Shown here one piece after another: positions 1-11,191 of a stretch of 64,000 nucleotides of DNA. Origin of the DNA: Eledone cirrhosa (lineage: Eukaryota); contig OZ024740.1 in NCBI GenBank assembly GCA_964016885.1, positions 113,150,001-113,214,000 of the forward strand, read 5' to 3'. The notes below the pieces were generated by a model. The model was given only the letters and a program-made list of their open reading frames with translations, had not been told where the DNA came from and did no database searches. Within the stretch, counting starts at the first letter, position 1; each line of letters opens with the position of its first letter. Position numbers and translations under genes: made by a program.

Positions 1-977
1 TTGTCGTGATAATCTCAGGAAAATACGAGTATAATAACTGTATAGCTAATGTTGTAAGAGACCAGTTGAAACCAACATGTTATTTACGACCTCACTATCG
101 TTTCGTTTTTCTCATCGTTTTCACTATTTTTTTCTTCGCCATTTTTTTTCTTTTCGTTTACCAATATCTTTTCATATTTTTTCCCTTTTTTTATTCTTTT
201 CTATTCTCTTTGTTGTTATTATACTTTATTTTTATTTTTATTTCTAATTTATAATTTATCTACCCAGTTATTTTTTCCTCCTATATTATCTCCCACTATT
301 TACACGTCATATTTCTTCTCGGGTGTATTTATTTCTATATTTATATATTTCACTTCCATTCTCTTTTATCTCATTTATTTTTTCTATATGTTATTTATTT
401 TATATCTTCATCTATATCTTTATTCTGAACTATCGTCAGGTTTTTCGTCTTCTCAATACAATTCTGTTTCCTTCTCATTTTGACAATTTTAAAGTTTCAT
501 GCAATTTTCTTTTATGTTTCACTTTTATCTCAAACTTATCATATACTCTATACTCTTCATTCTCTCTTCTTTCCTTTTCTAAACTCTTTCTATTACTCAT
601 TCTCTATCTCTCTGTCTCTTTCTTCAACCTAATACTACACTTCTCTCTTCTCATTTAGTAGTCACCGTATCCGACTTTCACAATTTCCATTCTCACTTCT
701 TATGTGATCATCTACGTCACCCCCACACTGCACATCACATATTTCTCCTTATTTTTCTCCGCTACCTCTCTATTATCTATGTAAGGGACTTCCTCAGACA
801 TCCCCGCTCGTCTATTCTTATCTCCTCTACAGTTCTCTCGTCCCTTTCAATTGTGTCTATTCTCCTCTTTCCAATCCTTGTCTGTCGACGTTCGTTTTTT
901 TACTTCTCTGTTTTATAACGCTGTCTTCTTTCCTGCATCCTTGCACTTTCTCTCGCTGTATCTATTCCCCCCCCCAT

Positions 978-1163
<186 letters not shown>

Positions 1164-1469
1164 GTATGTATTCTCTATTTTTCGTAGTTTTATTATTTAT
1201 TCTATTTGTGTTTGCCTCTCTTAAATTTCTTTCTCTCCCTCTACGCACAGATGTTTACATTGTAGAAGAAGGAAGAAGAAAGTCTTGTAAGGTATCTATG
1301 CAGAACAACCAAGTGTCAAGAATTGACTCTCTTAAAAACAGAGCATGCAGTAAAGGTTTTCAAAGTGATCCGTTACATTATAAAAGTGTGACTCAATTGT
1401 GTTTTGTTTCATATAAAACATAAATATAAAATAGAGCCAATAATAGTGAATGCGTGATAAGGCAGGGAA

Positions 1470-1600
1470 TTAACAGAATTGTTAAAGCGTCGGTATTTTT
1501 CCGGATCTTTATGTTCTGACTTCAAATCTTTCTATGTTAGCCTTCCGTAGTCAATAAAATAAGATACCAGCCAAATACTGGTGAAAATGTAATCGACCCC
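1470..1600 (+). mobile_element. Degenerate tRNA-derived SINE (family 1)
   Basis: TTCTGACTTCAAATC B-box remnant followed by GTCAATAAAATAAGATACCAG, similar to the intact copy at 22697-22880. Confidence 0.55.
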
Positions 1601-1899
1601 CGATATTTGCCATCATAGAATAAGCTAGCATGACACAATAAGGTACATAACTCCTCAAAAGAAAGGAAATGAGCAGTTTGTTATCTAATACCAACGAATT
1701 TTGATACTATCTGCCTGTTGCAACTCCTGGCAGAAGGAGACGAGATTTGAACTCAGAGGACCCAAGGCCGGAGTAGATAGCGCAAAGCACCACGTTTGAT
1801 TCTTAAACAATTCCGCCAAATTATCGCCACTCTTAGGCTGGTACATCTTTTAATGACTCTGGAAGGATATTAAGCAAAGTTGATCTCAATTGTACACAG

Positions 1900-2210
1900 T
1901 AGTATTCGGTTCACGCTTGGTAAAAGTGGAGGTTGTTTGAACGTTTCGGACTTAAGTCCTTCATCAGAAAAATTGAGGAGAACTCCGAGAGGGAGTAAGG
2001 AGGGAAGTAAACAAGTAAAGACCACAAAAAGAAGGAAAAAAAATATATATAAAAACAAAACTAAAAAAGTGAAAATAAAGGGGGTGTGAGGGTCTTTAGG
2101 TCTCGGATGAGTTGTGTTGGGATGGCAAATGTGTGTAAGTGTGTATTGTGGTGGGAGAGAGATAGGGTGGAAGCAAGATAATCCAGGCGGGGATGGTGGA
2201 AAGTAATGTG
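1900..2210 (-). mobile_element. Penelope-like element 3'/pLTR fragment
   Basis: Contains a minimal hammerhead motif on the minus strand in typical PLE pLTR context; boundaries approximate. Confidence 0.45.
1936..1972 (-). ncRNA. Minimal type-I hammerhead ribozyme
   Basis: Minus strand reads UUUU-CUGAUGA-A-GGAC-UUAA-GUCC-GAAA-CG-UUC-AAA: both core boxes intact, 4-bp stem II, palindromic AACGUU in place of stem III, short U/A stem I. Confidence 0.75.
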
Positions 2211-2390
2211 TATGTGTATGTGTGTGTGTATGCGTAGATGTAAGTATGAGAGTCTGAAAGGAAGCGAGTGTATGTGAAAGTTTGTTCTGAAAAGACACCG
2301 TGTGCGTGTGGAAGTGTTGTATATGTATGTATCCACACTGTCTTGAGGCTATGTTCAATAAAAGAAAGCATTGTTATTATTATTATTACT

Positions 2391-2632
2391 ACCCCGATTG
2401 TCATAGGAGCACTAGATACTACCTCAAAGAGTTTCCAAGGATGGTTAAAGAAGATTAGTCCAGCCCCGCTTTTTGGAACACTTCAAAAGTCATCCTTGCT
2501 GGGAACAGCAAGAACCCTCCGATACGTCCTGAATATCTGAGGCTGCAGGTAGCGGCTTGATATTCATTTCAACAAACTTTCCAGTTAAAAAACATCAATG
2601 ACTGAGACTCAAAAAACAATAATAATAATAAT
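2391..2632 (+). mobile_element. R4/Dong-type (RLE) non-LTR retrotransposon, 3' fragment with (AAT)n tail
   Basis: Translation PIVIGALD...LQKSSLLGTARTLRYVLNI* matches the RLE C-terminus (compare VVVGALG...IQKVVLMGTAHILRKILSI* at 15109); short 3' UTR then AATAATAAT. Confidence 0.75.
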
Positions 2633-2911
2633 GATTTCATTTATTGGCCACAAGGGCCGACATGTAGGGGACAATACAAAGACAGGGACAGTGGGGGGTT
2701 TACAATAAGGTGGAGTAAAAGTGCACAATGGCAAGACTAATTTAACAATGAAGATATAAAAATATAAAATAAACTATGCATAAATACAACAAATAAATTC
2801 CCCGATAGGGGGTGGACGACCCTGGGGTGACTCGGGTACCCCACCAATCCAGAACCACCCGGCGCTTCTAGGGCACCCAGGGAGAGCACCCCTCTCCTCA
2901 AGTTAGCTAGC

Positions 2912-5900
2912 CTATAGGCGTATGGTCAGAGTGGGCCCATTCACACGAGCCATTCTCGCACATTCATCCACCTTTTAGCAAATGTACTGGGGGGCAGCAC
3001 TTCTCTCTCCATCCTCACCTTCCTTTCCAGGTGAAACTTGAAGAAGTTGATGAGAGATTGGCCGAAGAGAAAAGTGTCTGTCATCACTCCTTTTAACCTC
3101 GTCCACCATATAACCTCTTTCGCAACTGCAACCAGACAGAGGAAAATTTCCTGCTCTTCCTGACCTAAGGGAGGCGGCGGGTCGATCTTCACTATGGACT
3201 CGGCTGATAGCCGGATTCGATTCGTTCCACACGCGACAGTAGCTGTTCGACATAACTCCACAAGTCAGTAATGCACGGACATTGGACAAGTGCGTGCAGA
3301 ACAGTTTCGTCGTTCTGTGCGCATCTTGGGCAGGTCCGCCTGACAGCACTTCCGTGCCTGTAGAGTTTATCCCGAACCGGCAATGCCCCCCGGTAGCACT
3401 GCCAAGCGAGGGATTTCTGGAAATTGTCTATCGTCCCCGGCTCGAAAGTCCTCCGGTACAGACTGGTCAGTTCGACTTCGTCGAGGCCCAAAGTTTCTCC
3501 GAGTGCGTCATCGCACTTGCCCACCACTAATCCTCTATAGAACTCGAGAGTGGAAGTTCCACTGATCGCATTGCCCGCTTGGTAGAGGGCAGTGAGCGCC
3601 TGGCAACATTCCAGGTGCCAGTCACCCAGTCTCGGTCTCTTCTTGACCCAGGACTGCAGCTCAGTCAAAGAAATGAGCTGCGGAAAAACCCGTCTGATAA
3701 ACAGCGACCACATCTGTTCACCGTTGAGGCAGAATATCTGGAGATGTCGCAGCCTCAACGCATGTCTGCGCATCATTAGCCACAGCATGCCCAGCCCTTC
3801 GTGTAGAGGGTGCTGGCAGCAGATGGACCGCCTCACCAACGGAACTTGTCCCCTCCACAAGAATTTGAAGAGGAGCCATTCCAACTTGACGAGACGCGGA
3901 CGGGGCAGGGCACGACGGTCAGGCGGTAGTAGATGACAGACGCGATGTACGCATTCGCCACCTCCGCGCGACCTTTCAGTGATAGCTTCCTCCCAGCACA
4001 TTTTTGAGTGAGACTGGCTACTCTGCTCGTTACCTCGTCCCAATTCTTTTCCACCTGGATGTCTGGTCCGAACCAAACCCCGAGCAACTTTACCGGTCCG
4101 GCCGTCCAGCGCCCCACGACGCTGTTGGACGGTATGGGCTTGCTTCTTCAGGTTCCGAGCTGCAAGCCCACCGACTTTTCCGGGTTAAATTTGGCTAGTG
4201 TCAGCCTTTCATATTCCTTCAATAAGGTGCCAACCACCTCGATTTCTGAGGTGTTCGACACCATCACGATGATGTCGTCCGCATAAGCCGACACCGCCCT
4301 TCTACGTCCCGGTTCGAGCGGGATGCCCTGCAAGAGCTCCAGCTTCCGCAGTAAAGGCTCGAGAGTCAATACGTACAGAAGGGAAGAGAGAGGGTACCCT
4401 TGACGGACCGATGAGGAGAAATGGTTCCGAGAGGTAGCCATTAGCCTTGACCACTGAGCGAGTGCCGTTGTGCATTGCAGCGATCCAGCTTCTGAAGACA
4501 GGGCCGAAGCCAGCTGCTTTGAGGACAAACTTCAGATACCGATGGTCGACCCTATCGAATGCTTTCGATTGATCTAAATTGATCAGTGCCCCACCTAAGC
4601 CAGGTTTACACCCTACCCTCTCTATGATGAATCGCATGAGGTGGAAATTGTCGTGTATGGACCTTGCTGGGATTGCGCAAGTTGTCGCCTCCCCAAACAA
4701 ATCCCCGACGACAAGCGCCAATCTCTTTGCTAACACCTTGGCCAAAATCTTAAACTCTGTGTTGAGCAGAGTTATGGGCCTGAAGTTGTCTAATGTATCC
4801 CTCTTGTTCTCGTCTTTCCTTATCAGTGTCACCACTCCCCTGCTCACAGAACTGGAAATACTCCCATTCTGGTTCCAGTTGCAGTAGAGTGCTTCGATGA
4901 GATCGGAAAACAAGTCTGGCATATTTACGTAAAGCTCGTAGGGCAGGCCATCCAAACCGAGTGACTTGCGCCTCATGCAGCCGACAAGGACGTCCTGAAT
5001 TTCGGCTGAAGTAATCGGCCTTTAGCAGCGCTCAGCGTCGACCGTCGAGATGCGCGGCAAGCCGTCAAGGTAGGGACTGAAATCCGCTACTCTCTCTGAC
5101 TCGCCACTCTCCTCGAACAACCGATAAAGTGCTGGCGAAAGGCCTCACACATCCGCTTGGAATCGTTTATCACGTGTCCGTCTCGGTTCGCCAAGGACCG
5201 AATTGTGGTTTTATTACCACGCTGCGCCTCCGCCACGCGGGCCCATCGAAGAGCTTTGGTTCCCTCGTTTCTCAGCGCACGCGCCTTAGCTCTGAAAATG
5301 CAACCTTCGTGTTTCGCATTGGAGAAATGGTCCAATACCTTTCTCGCCGCTAGCACGTCAGTTGCAATGCCACTACAAATAGCCTCGTCTAACTTATCTT
5401 TCAGCTCCCTCTCCTTTCTATTTTTCTCTAACGCTAGTACTTTGCTGAACTCTATCGAAGTTACTTTAATCTCTCTTTTGAGAGCCCCCCGCCATCTGTT
5501 GTTGATGATCCCCCCTGTCAACTTTTGCTTAACTAAATTGTTGACTCGGTCCCTGTAAGCTTTACGTGCCGGAAATGACATGTTCAGCTTCATGTAACCC
5601 GGTCCTAACCTACACGTTTTATCTAGGTCGACCGTACAGATCACAAATTTGTGATCTGAATAGGCGACCGTTTTAAAAAGTGGACAGCCTACACTATTTC
5701 TATCTATTTTCCTAATGAAGATCTTGTCTATATACAATCTAGATGATCCCATTCGGTTGGTCCATGTCCATACTGGCACATTGGGGAAATCTAGTCGATA
5801 CCTGTCAGACAGTTGGAACTGGCTGAGAGGTGCTTGAGGCTTTCGCACCCCCGACTCCTATCGGCTACTCCCACACAATCCTAGCGTGCGTCTAAGATGC

Positions 5901-6145
5901 CATTCCAGTCCCCCGCTAACAGTAAAGGCCGAGACGTACCCAGAAAGGTCTCCAGGCGCCTAAATAAGTCCGGTCGTCCGGCCCCTGTAGGGGCGTAGAC
6001 GGCCAGCAGTCTAAAGGCACCACCTTCGCTACTGCTCACATCCAAGACCACAAACTTACCGTCCGGGTCCCGGAAGATCGACCTTACCTCGAGATCTAGT
6101 CCTTTCCTAAACAACACTGCCACCACACCACCCATTCCCGGTGAG
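2912..6145 (-). pseudogene. Tx1 copy A ORF2 (EN-RT-CCHC), frameshifted, N-terminus deleted
   Basis: Pieces in ORFs 5881-6183, 5087-5848, 4302-4976, 4148-4528, 3833-4117 and 3192-4076; ends NGPTLTIRL*. Confidence 0.85.
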
Positions 6146-7535
6146 TTTTCTGTTTTTTTTTGCACTTTTGGGTTTTCCTTCATCTTCGCTGCTGGAAGAC
6201 AAATGGTCTGTGGCTGTGATTGTCTCTGTGTCTGTGTGTGCGTTTAATGTTTTGTCTATGTGTATAATTGGGGGGGGGGGTATGGGGAGTGGGAGAGCTT
6301 TCCTCGTTTTCCCCTTGGATTGGTTTTGGTGTTGGTGGTGATCCGGCTGTTTTTGATGTTGGTGTCCGTGTCTTTGTTGGTGTTGTTTTTGGTGGTGGTG
6401 GTGGTGCAGCTTTCCGTGCTGACACTGGCGTTGGCAACAAAGGAGGTTTGCGACCCACTGCATTTTTGCGCTGAGGGCAGAATGCTTGCAGATGCGTTGC
6501 TTCCCCGCAGACGAAGCAGTGTGGCCTTTTTCCGTCAGTGATTAGTTGGATTGTTGTCCCGTCCTGCAGGCGGGCAAAATCCGGGAAGTTGTTCATGTCC
6601 TCCGGTTTCATTTGGAGAAGAATCTCCAAATCCATTCCAGACCAGTCCTCTCTCTCTTTCCTTTTGATATCCAGGAGGGTAGTGTTTGTCCCCTCCTCGA
6701 TTACGCATTCCACCAGCCAACATATGTTCATTCCTGGTGGGATGCTGGGAATGCGGACCTTTACTGTCCTTTTACCCATGTAGGACGGATGCATGATAAT
6801 GCGTTCCGTTCTGCAGGGGTCACCGAGTGCTTAATAGCAAGGGCCTCGGTTTTGAACAGTACCGAGATGGTACCGAACTGTTTGCCTCTTGCTTTATACA
6901 TTATGTTACTTCCGATGTACTCCAAAGCATCGTCGACCTCTGCTTGGCTGGCAAGTTCCACTTTTCGTGTCTGCACCGAAATGCATTGAAAGTACACCGT
7001 CCTCCTTTGCATGGCCGCTGTTGCCCCGTCCGGGATGGTCAGGTTTGCCCGTTTAATTAGCCTCCACGCCTGGGCCAACTGTTCGTCTTTATCGCTAATA
7101 TCAATATCCAATAAGCGCTTTGTTTTGCTGCAGCAAATGTGGTGTTTCTGATGCTCTTGTTGGTGTTGTCATTCTAGCTGCTGTTATTTGTGTTGTTGTT
7201 TTTGTTTTGTTTGTTGTTGCTGTTGTCACCACCTCCATGTTTACATTGAAGCTGTCGGTGTTATTGTCGTTATTGCTCTGAGTTGTTGTTGTTGTTGTGG
7301 TGGTGGTGGCGGTGGTGGTGGTGGCGGCGGTGGTGGTGGTGGTGATGTCGTTTTCAGATGATACTGCTGCTAACACAGAAGATTGTGATAGTAGCTTTTT
7401 AGTTTTGCCTTCACATTCAGTAGAGTGGACGACAGGCTTGTCTATAGCAGTCGTAGTCGTGGTGAAATCTACAGTGGCTGCTTTTAAACTTTTGACATGA
7501 AAGTTCTTTACCGTTTCAAGGTAGAAAATTTCCAT
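6146..7535 (-). pseudogene. Tx1 copy A ORF1 (gag-like nucleic-acid-binding protein), disrupted
   Basis: GKRPHCFVCGEATHLQAFCP (C-x2-C-x4-H-x4-C), Thr/Asn-rich N-terminus and Pro/Thr-rich tail. Confidence 0.8.
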
Positions 7536-7734
7536 GTTTTTTTTTGGTGGGGAAGCGATTTTTTTTCGAAGTTTTTTAAAATAAATCTGAATATTCGGGC
7601 TTAAAGCCCGAATATTGAGAGGTATCCCTCTCTTGAAACCAAGATGTGTACCTTATGTTTCGTTAACGACAAGAAAATGCAAAAAGTTATACTTTAAAAC
7701 AGCTTAAAGTTACGAATCTTTTCCCCCGCAAAAT

Positions 7735-7841
7735 AACCAGTACATTACTGGTACCTTATTTTATCGATCCCGTAAGGATGAAAGGCAAAGTTAACCTCGG
7801 CGGGATTTGAACTCAGTCCCTAAAAGGACGTAACTGTGCTG
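7735..7841 (-). mobile_element. SINE family 1, partial; left arm of an inverted pair
   Basis: Reverse complement of 7858-7962 with few mismatches. Confidence 0.85.
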
Positions 7842-7842
7842 T

Positions 7843-7994
7843 GGACGCCATGCTTTGCAGAACAGTTACGTCCCTTTAGGGACTGAGTTCAAATCCCGCC
7901 GAGGTTAACTTTGCCTTTCAACTTTACGGGGTCGATAAAATATAGTACCAGTAATGTACTGGCTAATTGCTGGCCTTGTGCCAAAAGTAGAAAA
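7843..7994 (+). mobile_element. SINE family 1, 5'-truncated; right arm of the inverted pair
   Basis: B box GAGTTCAAATCC, central GCCTTTCA...GGGGTCGATAAAAT...GTACCAG, tail GGCCTTGTGCCAAAAGTAGAAA. Confidence 0.9.
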
Positions 7995-8806
7995 CATCGA
8001 CGAAAATCAACTAGCCAATCTCTTCGGAAGCACTTTCGGGCCGGGGCCTATGGACAACTTCCAGAAATCCCTGGCCTGGCAGTGCTACCGGGGAGCTTTG
8101 CCAGTTCGGGATAAACTCTACAAACATGGAGGTGCCGTCAGCCGGGCATGTCCGAGATGCGCGCATGGCGACGAAACCGTCCTGCACGCACTCGTCCAGT
8201 GTTCGAGCATTGCTGACTTGTGGGTTTATGTCGAACACCTGCTGTCACGTGTAGGACGGATCCAGCTATCAGCTGAGTCCATCGTGAGGATTGCCCCGCC
8301 CTCTTCCTTTAGCCGGGAAGGGCAGGCAGTTTTTATCTGTCTGGTGGCCATGGCGAAAGAGATAGTATGGTGGACACGTTTGAAAGGGCTGAAGACGAGC
8401 ACTTACCTCTTCGGTGATGCCCTGATTAACTTTTTCAAATTTCATTTGAAAAGGAAAATCAGGGTAGAGAGGGAAGTTCTCTCTTCCCAGCATTTTGTTG
8501 AAAGATGGGTGAGAGAAGCAAGTATGGCCCGAATGAATGGGCCTTCTCTGAGTATGTGTCTGTAAATTAAAGGTGGAAAACTGGGAGAGGGCACTTGCCC
8601 TGGTGGTCAGGGTCACTGTGGTCTTTTAATGGGCTTGCTCCACAAATGTCCCTCGGAAGTCTCCCCCCTATTGGGGAATTTTTCTTTGTTATTTTATTAC
8701 ATCCTCTGTTTTTTACACGCAGAAATGCCCATTTGTACCGTCCTGTATTGTCCTGTACTGTCCTTAATGTCTACTTTATGTAAACCTTTGTGGTTAATAA
8801 AGAAAA

Positions 8807-8807
<1 letters not shown>
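7995..8807 (+). mobile_element. 5'-truncated Tx1 copy (ORF2 C-terminus + 3' UTR), same subfamily as copy C
   Basis: Colinear and highly similar to 21852-22680; CPRC...ETVLHALVQC; ends AATAAAGAAAAC + (ATT)n. Confidence 0.92.

Positions 8808-8849
<42 letters not shown>
8808..8849. repeat. (ATT)n linker between two Tx1 copies
   Basis: Directly visible. Confidence 0.95.
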
Positions 8850-9030
8850 GAATGCCATGGTTTACGGAGGCTCGGCTCTGTAAGGTATAGTAATTTTTAA
8901 ACGCTATAACAATTGTAAATTGTTTAAAACTTGAACCAAATTGTAGATAAAACACCTTCGTCCTCGTGCGAGGGGTCTTTCTGCCCGTTATTTGGCCCTT
9001 CGGGGTGAAATAACCGCTTATTAGGGTTTT

Positions 9031-11159
9031 GTGCCTAATATTCATTTTAAACCGAAAAAAAAACATGGCTACAAAAAAAATGTTCACAAGTCACTCCCAC
9101 TCTTTCCGTCTTCTTCCTCAATCGTCATTACATCAGAGAGAAGATTGTCTCTCTCCCTCCCTTCTCTAAATGTGGTGTCGCCTCTTTCGCAAGCGACGCC
9201 AGTAAAGAAAAAGAAAAATATAGTTTCTGGTAGCTTTCACCAAGAGAACGTGCATACCGTGGAACATTTCTCCACGACGACGACAACGACGAAAAATGTG
9301 TGCGGTAAATACGGAAAGTCATTTCATACGTCTGACGTCATGAAGAATAGCAGCAGCAGCCGTAATAACAGTAGGAGCAGCAACAGTGACAAGGAAAACA
9401 CTAGTAGCAGCCGCAACAACACCAGCAGCAGCATAAACAACAACAGCAGCAGCCTCAACAGCAACAACAACAGCAGCAGCAGCAACAACAACAACAACCA
9501 CAGCAATAGCGGCGGCGGCGGTCGTAGTACCAGCAGCAACAACAAAAGTAACAGCAGCTCTGTCAACAACAACAACAACAGCAGCAAAGAAAAACCAATC
9601 TCGTCTGCAGGTATCGCAAAGAACCTGGAAATCATCCGTATAACAAATGAGGAATTACAGGAAGCGAAGTCGAAAACCGGACACCGAGCAATCTGCAAGG
9701 CAGCCGAAAAATGTTTCGAAACCCAACAGCACTGTACGGTCACGTACCGTACAGTAAGCACAAAGTCACGTAGGGTTGAAAGAGCCACAGAGTCTCCAAT
9801 ACAAAAAGCCTTAGGGTCTGTGTGGCAGCGGAAAACGCATATCACCCGAGGCAAGAAATATGCCACCGTGGACGTGCTTTTGCCACACCCCAGGAGGCAA
9901 AGGCTCAATCCTTAGTGACCATAAGGAGCGAGGAAATGGTGTTGGTGCCCTCGTACTGCGGGCAAAAAGTTGTGAGGGTTAAACTGACCCCCCCCCCCCC
10001 GGGTTGGCCCATTCTTGGCAGGCCGCGTCTGTCCTCGTCGGAATCGAGGACAAAACAACTGTACTGCAAGTACAGAAAAAAGTACGAAACGATTGGGTCG
10101 GCGCCTCGATTGAGAAGTTAATTCAGGAGTGCATTGAAGCTATCTCGAATGTGATAGTCTTCGATAACGGCACTCAACTGCCCATAAGTGTTGAGGGCAA
10201 ACGCCCGAAATGCTTTCGCTGTGGGTCGAAGACTCACCTCAGGGCCTTCTGCAATGAGAAGACCCTGAGAAATGAGAAAACCCCCCTCCTTCCGAAACCG
10301 GCTCCACTGCTACCAGCAACAGGACAGGCGGCAAGCAGGAAGGATAGGTCCGTGGCACCCATACCCACGCCACGGAAATCAAGAACAGCAACAGCAGTGG
10401 AAGTATTAACAATAACAATAATAATACCAACTACAGCTGCAACAGAGACTCCACTGCAACCATCACTAACAAGAACAAGTGAAAGAGTGCAGCTGGTACC
10501 CCTCCCCGACCTCACAGAATCGGACACGGAGTGTGAGGTGGGAGAGGGATGGCAAAACGTCGCAAGAAGGCACAAACGTAGAAGCAGCGCATCGTCGCCT
10601 TCGAAAAGGAGGAGAAGAGATGAAAAAATGGTGAAGGATACTGCAAAGAGACTGACAGCAGCAACACTACCAACACCATCACTACCCACACTAGCACTAC
10701 CATCACCACCGGCCACAACCCCACCGCCAACAACAACAACACCTTCAACACCACCACCACAAGCACCAACATCGCAAACACAACAACAAAACACACAGAC
10801 ACAGCACCAACGACAAGAAAATAGGAGAACCACAACCCCACCCCCAGAAAAAGAAATGCACAACAATAAATACACACAACAAGAAACTAATGACTTACAT
10901 AATTGAACACACAGACATTTCACAGCACGACTACATAATACTAGCACCAATCAAAACACCAACGAACATAAGACTGGTAAGAATATCACAGAAACAATAC
11001 ACAAACATTAAAATGAAATTCCCCGACGCAGTTGGTGATTTCAGAGACCTAGGAGGGACACTCAACCGGAGAGTATACTCGGATAAACTCACAGACGAGC
11101 CGACGACCAGCCGAAGGGACGATACAACGGTCCCTTCACCAGACGATCAAGGTAAGTGA
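9031..11159 (+). pseudogene. Tx1 copy B ORF1, frameshifted
   Basis: ORFs 9031-9915, 9822-10121, 10004-10906 and 10890-11159; homologous motifs to ORF1 of copies A and C (TVxYRT...SRRVERA; PSYCGQ; CCHC). Confidence 0.8.
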
Positions 11160-11191
11160 TACTTTCTCACTTGCCCCGTTCCTCACCCAAC

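Larger units (their letters stand above)
2633..7734 (-). mobile_element. Tx1/L1-type LINE, copy A (near full length, decayed)
   Basis: ORF1 with CCHC knuckle, APE endonuclease (LAGDWNGILD, YSDHK), RT (SLGLDGLPYE, FRPITLLN, LDQSKAFDRVDH, RQGYPLS, AYADD) and C-terminal CPRC...ETVLHALVQC; 3' end CTTGTGGCCAATAAATGAAATC + (ATT)n. Confidence 0.92.

Noticed and set aside
6-850. Phe/Leu/Ile-rich ORFs resembling membrane proteins
   Set aside because: T-rich low-complexity strand bias; possibly a decayed retroelement tail, but no diagnostic motif was seen.
9324-10950. Long antisense ORFs over Tx1 ORF1 and ORF2
   Set aside because: Shadow frames of low-complexity or GC-rich coding sequence; no independent evidence.
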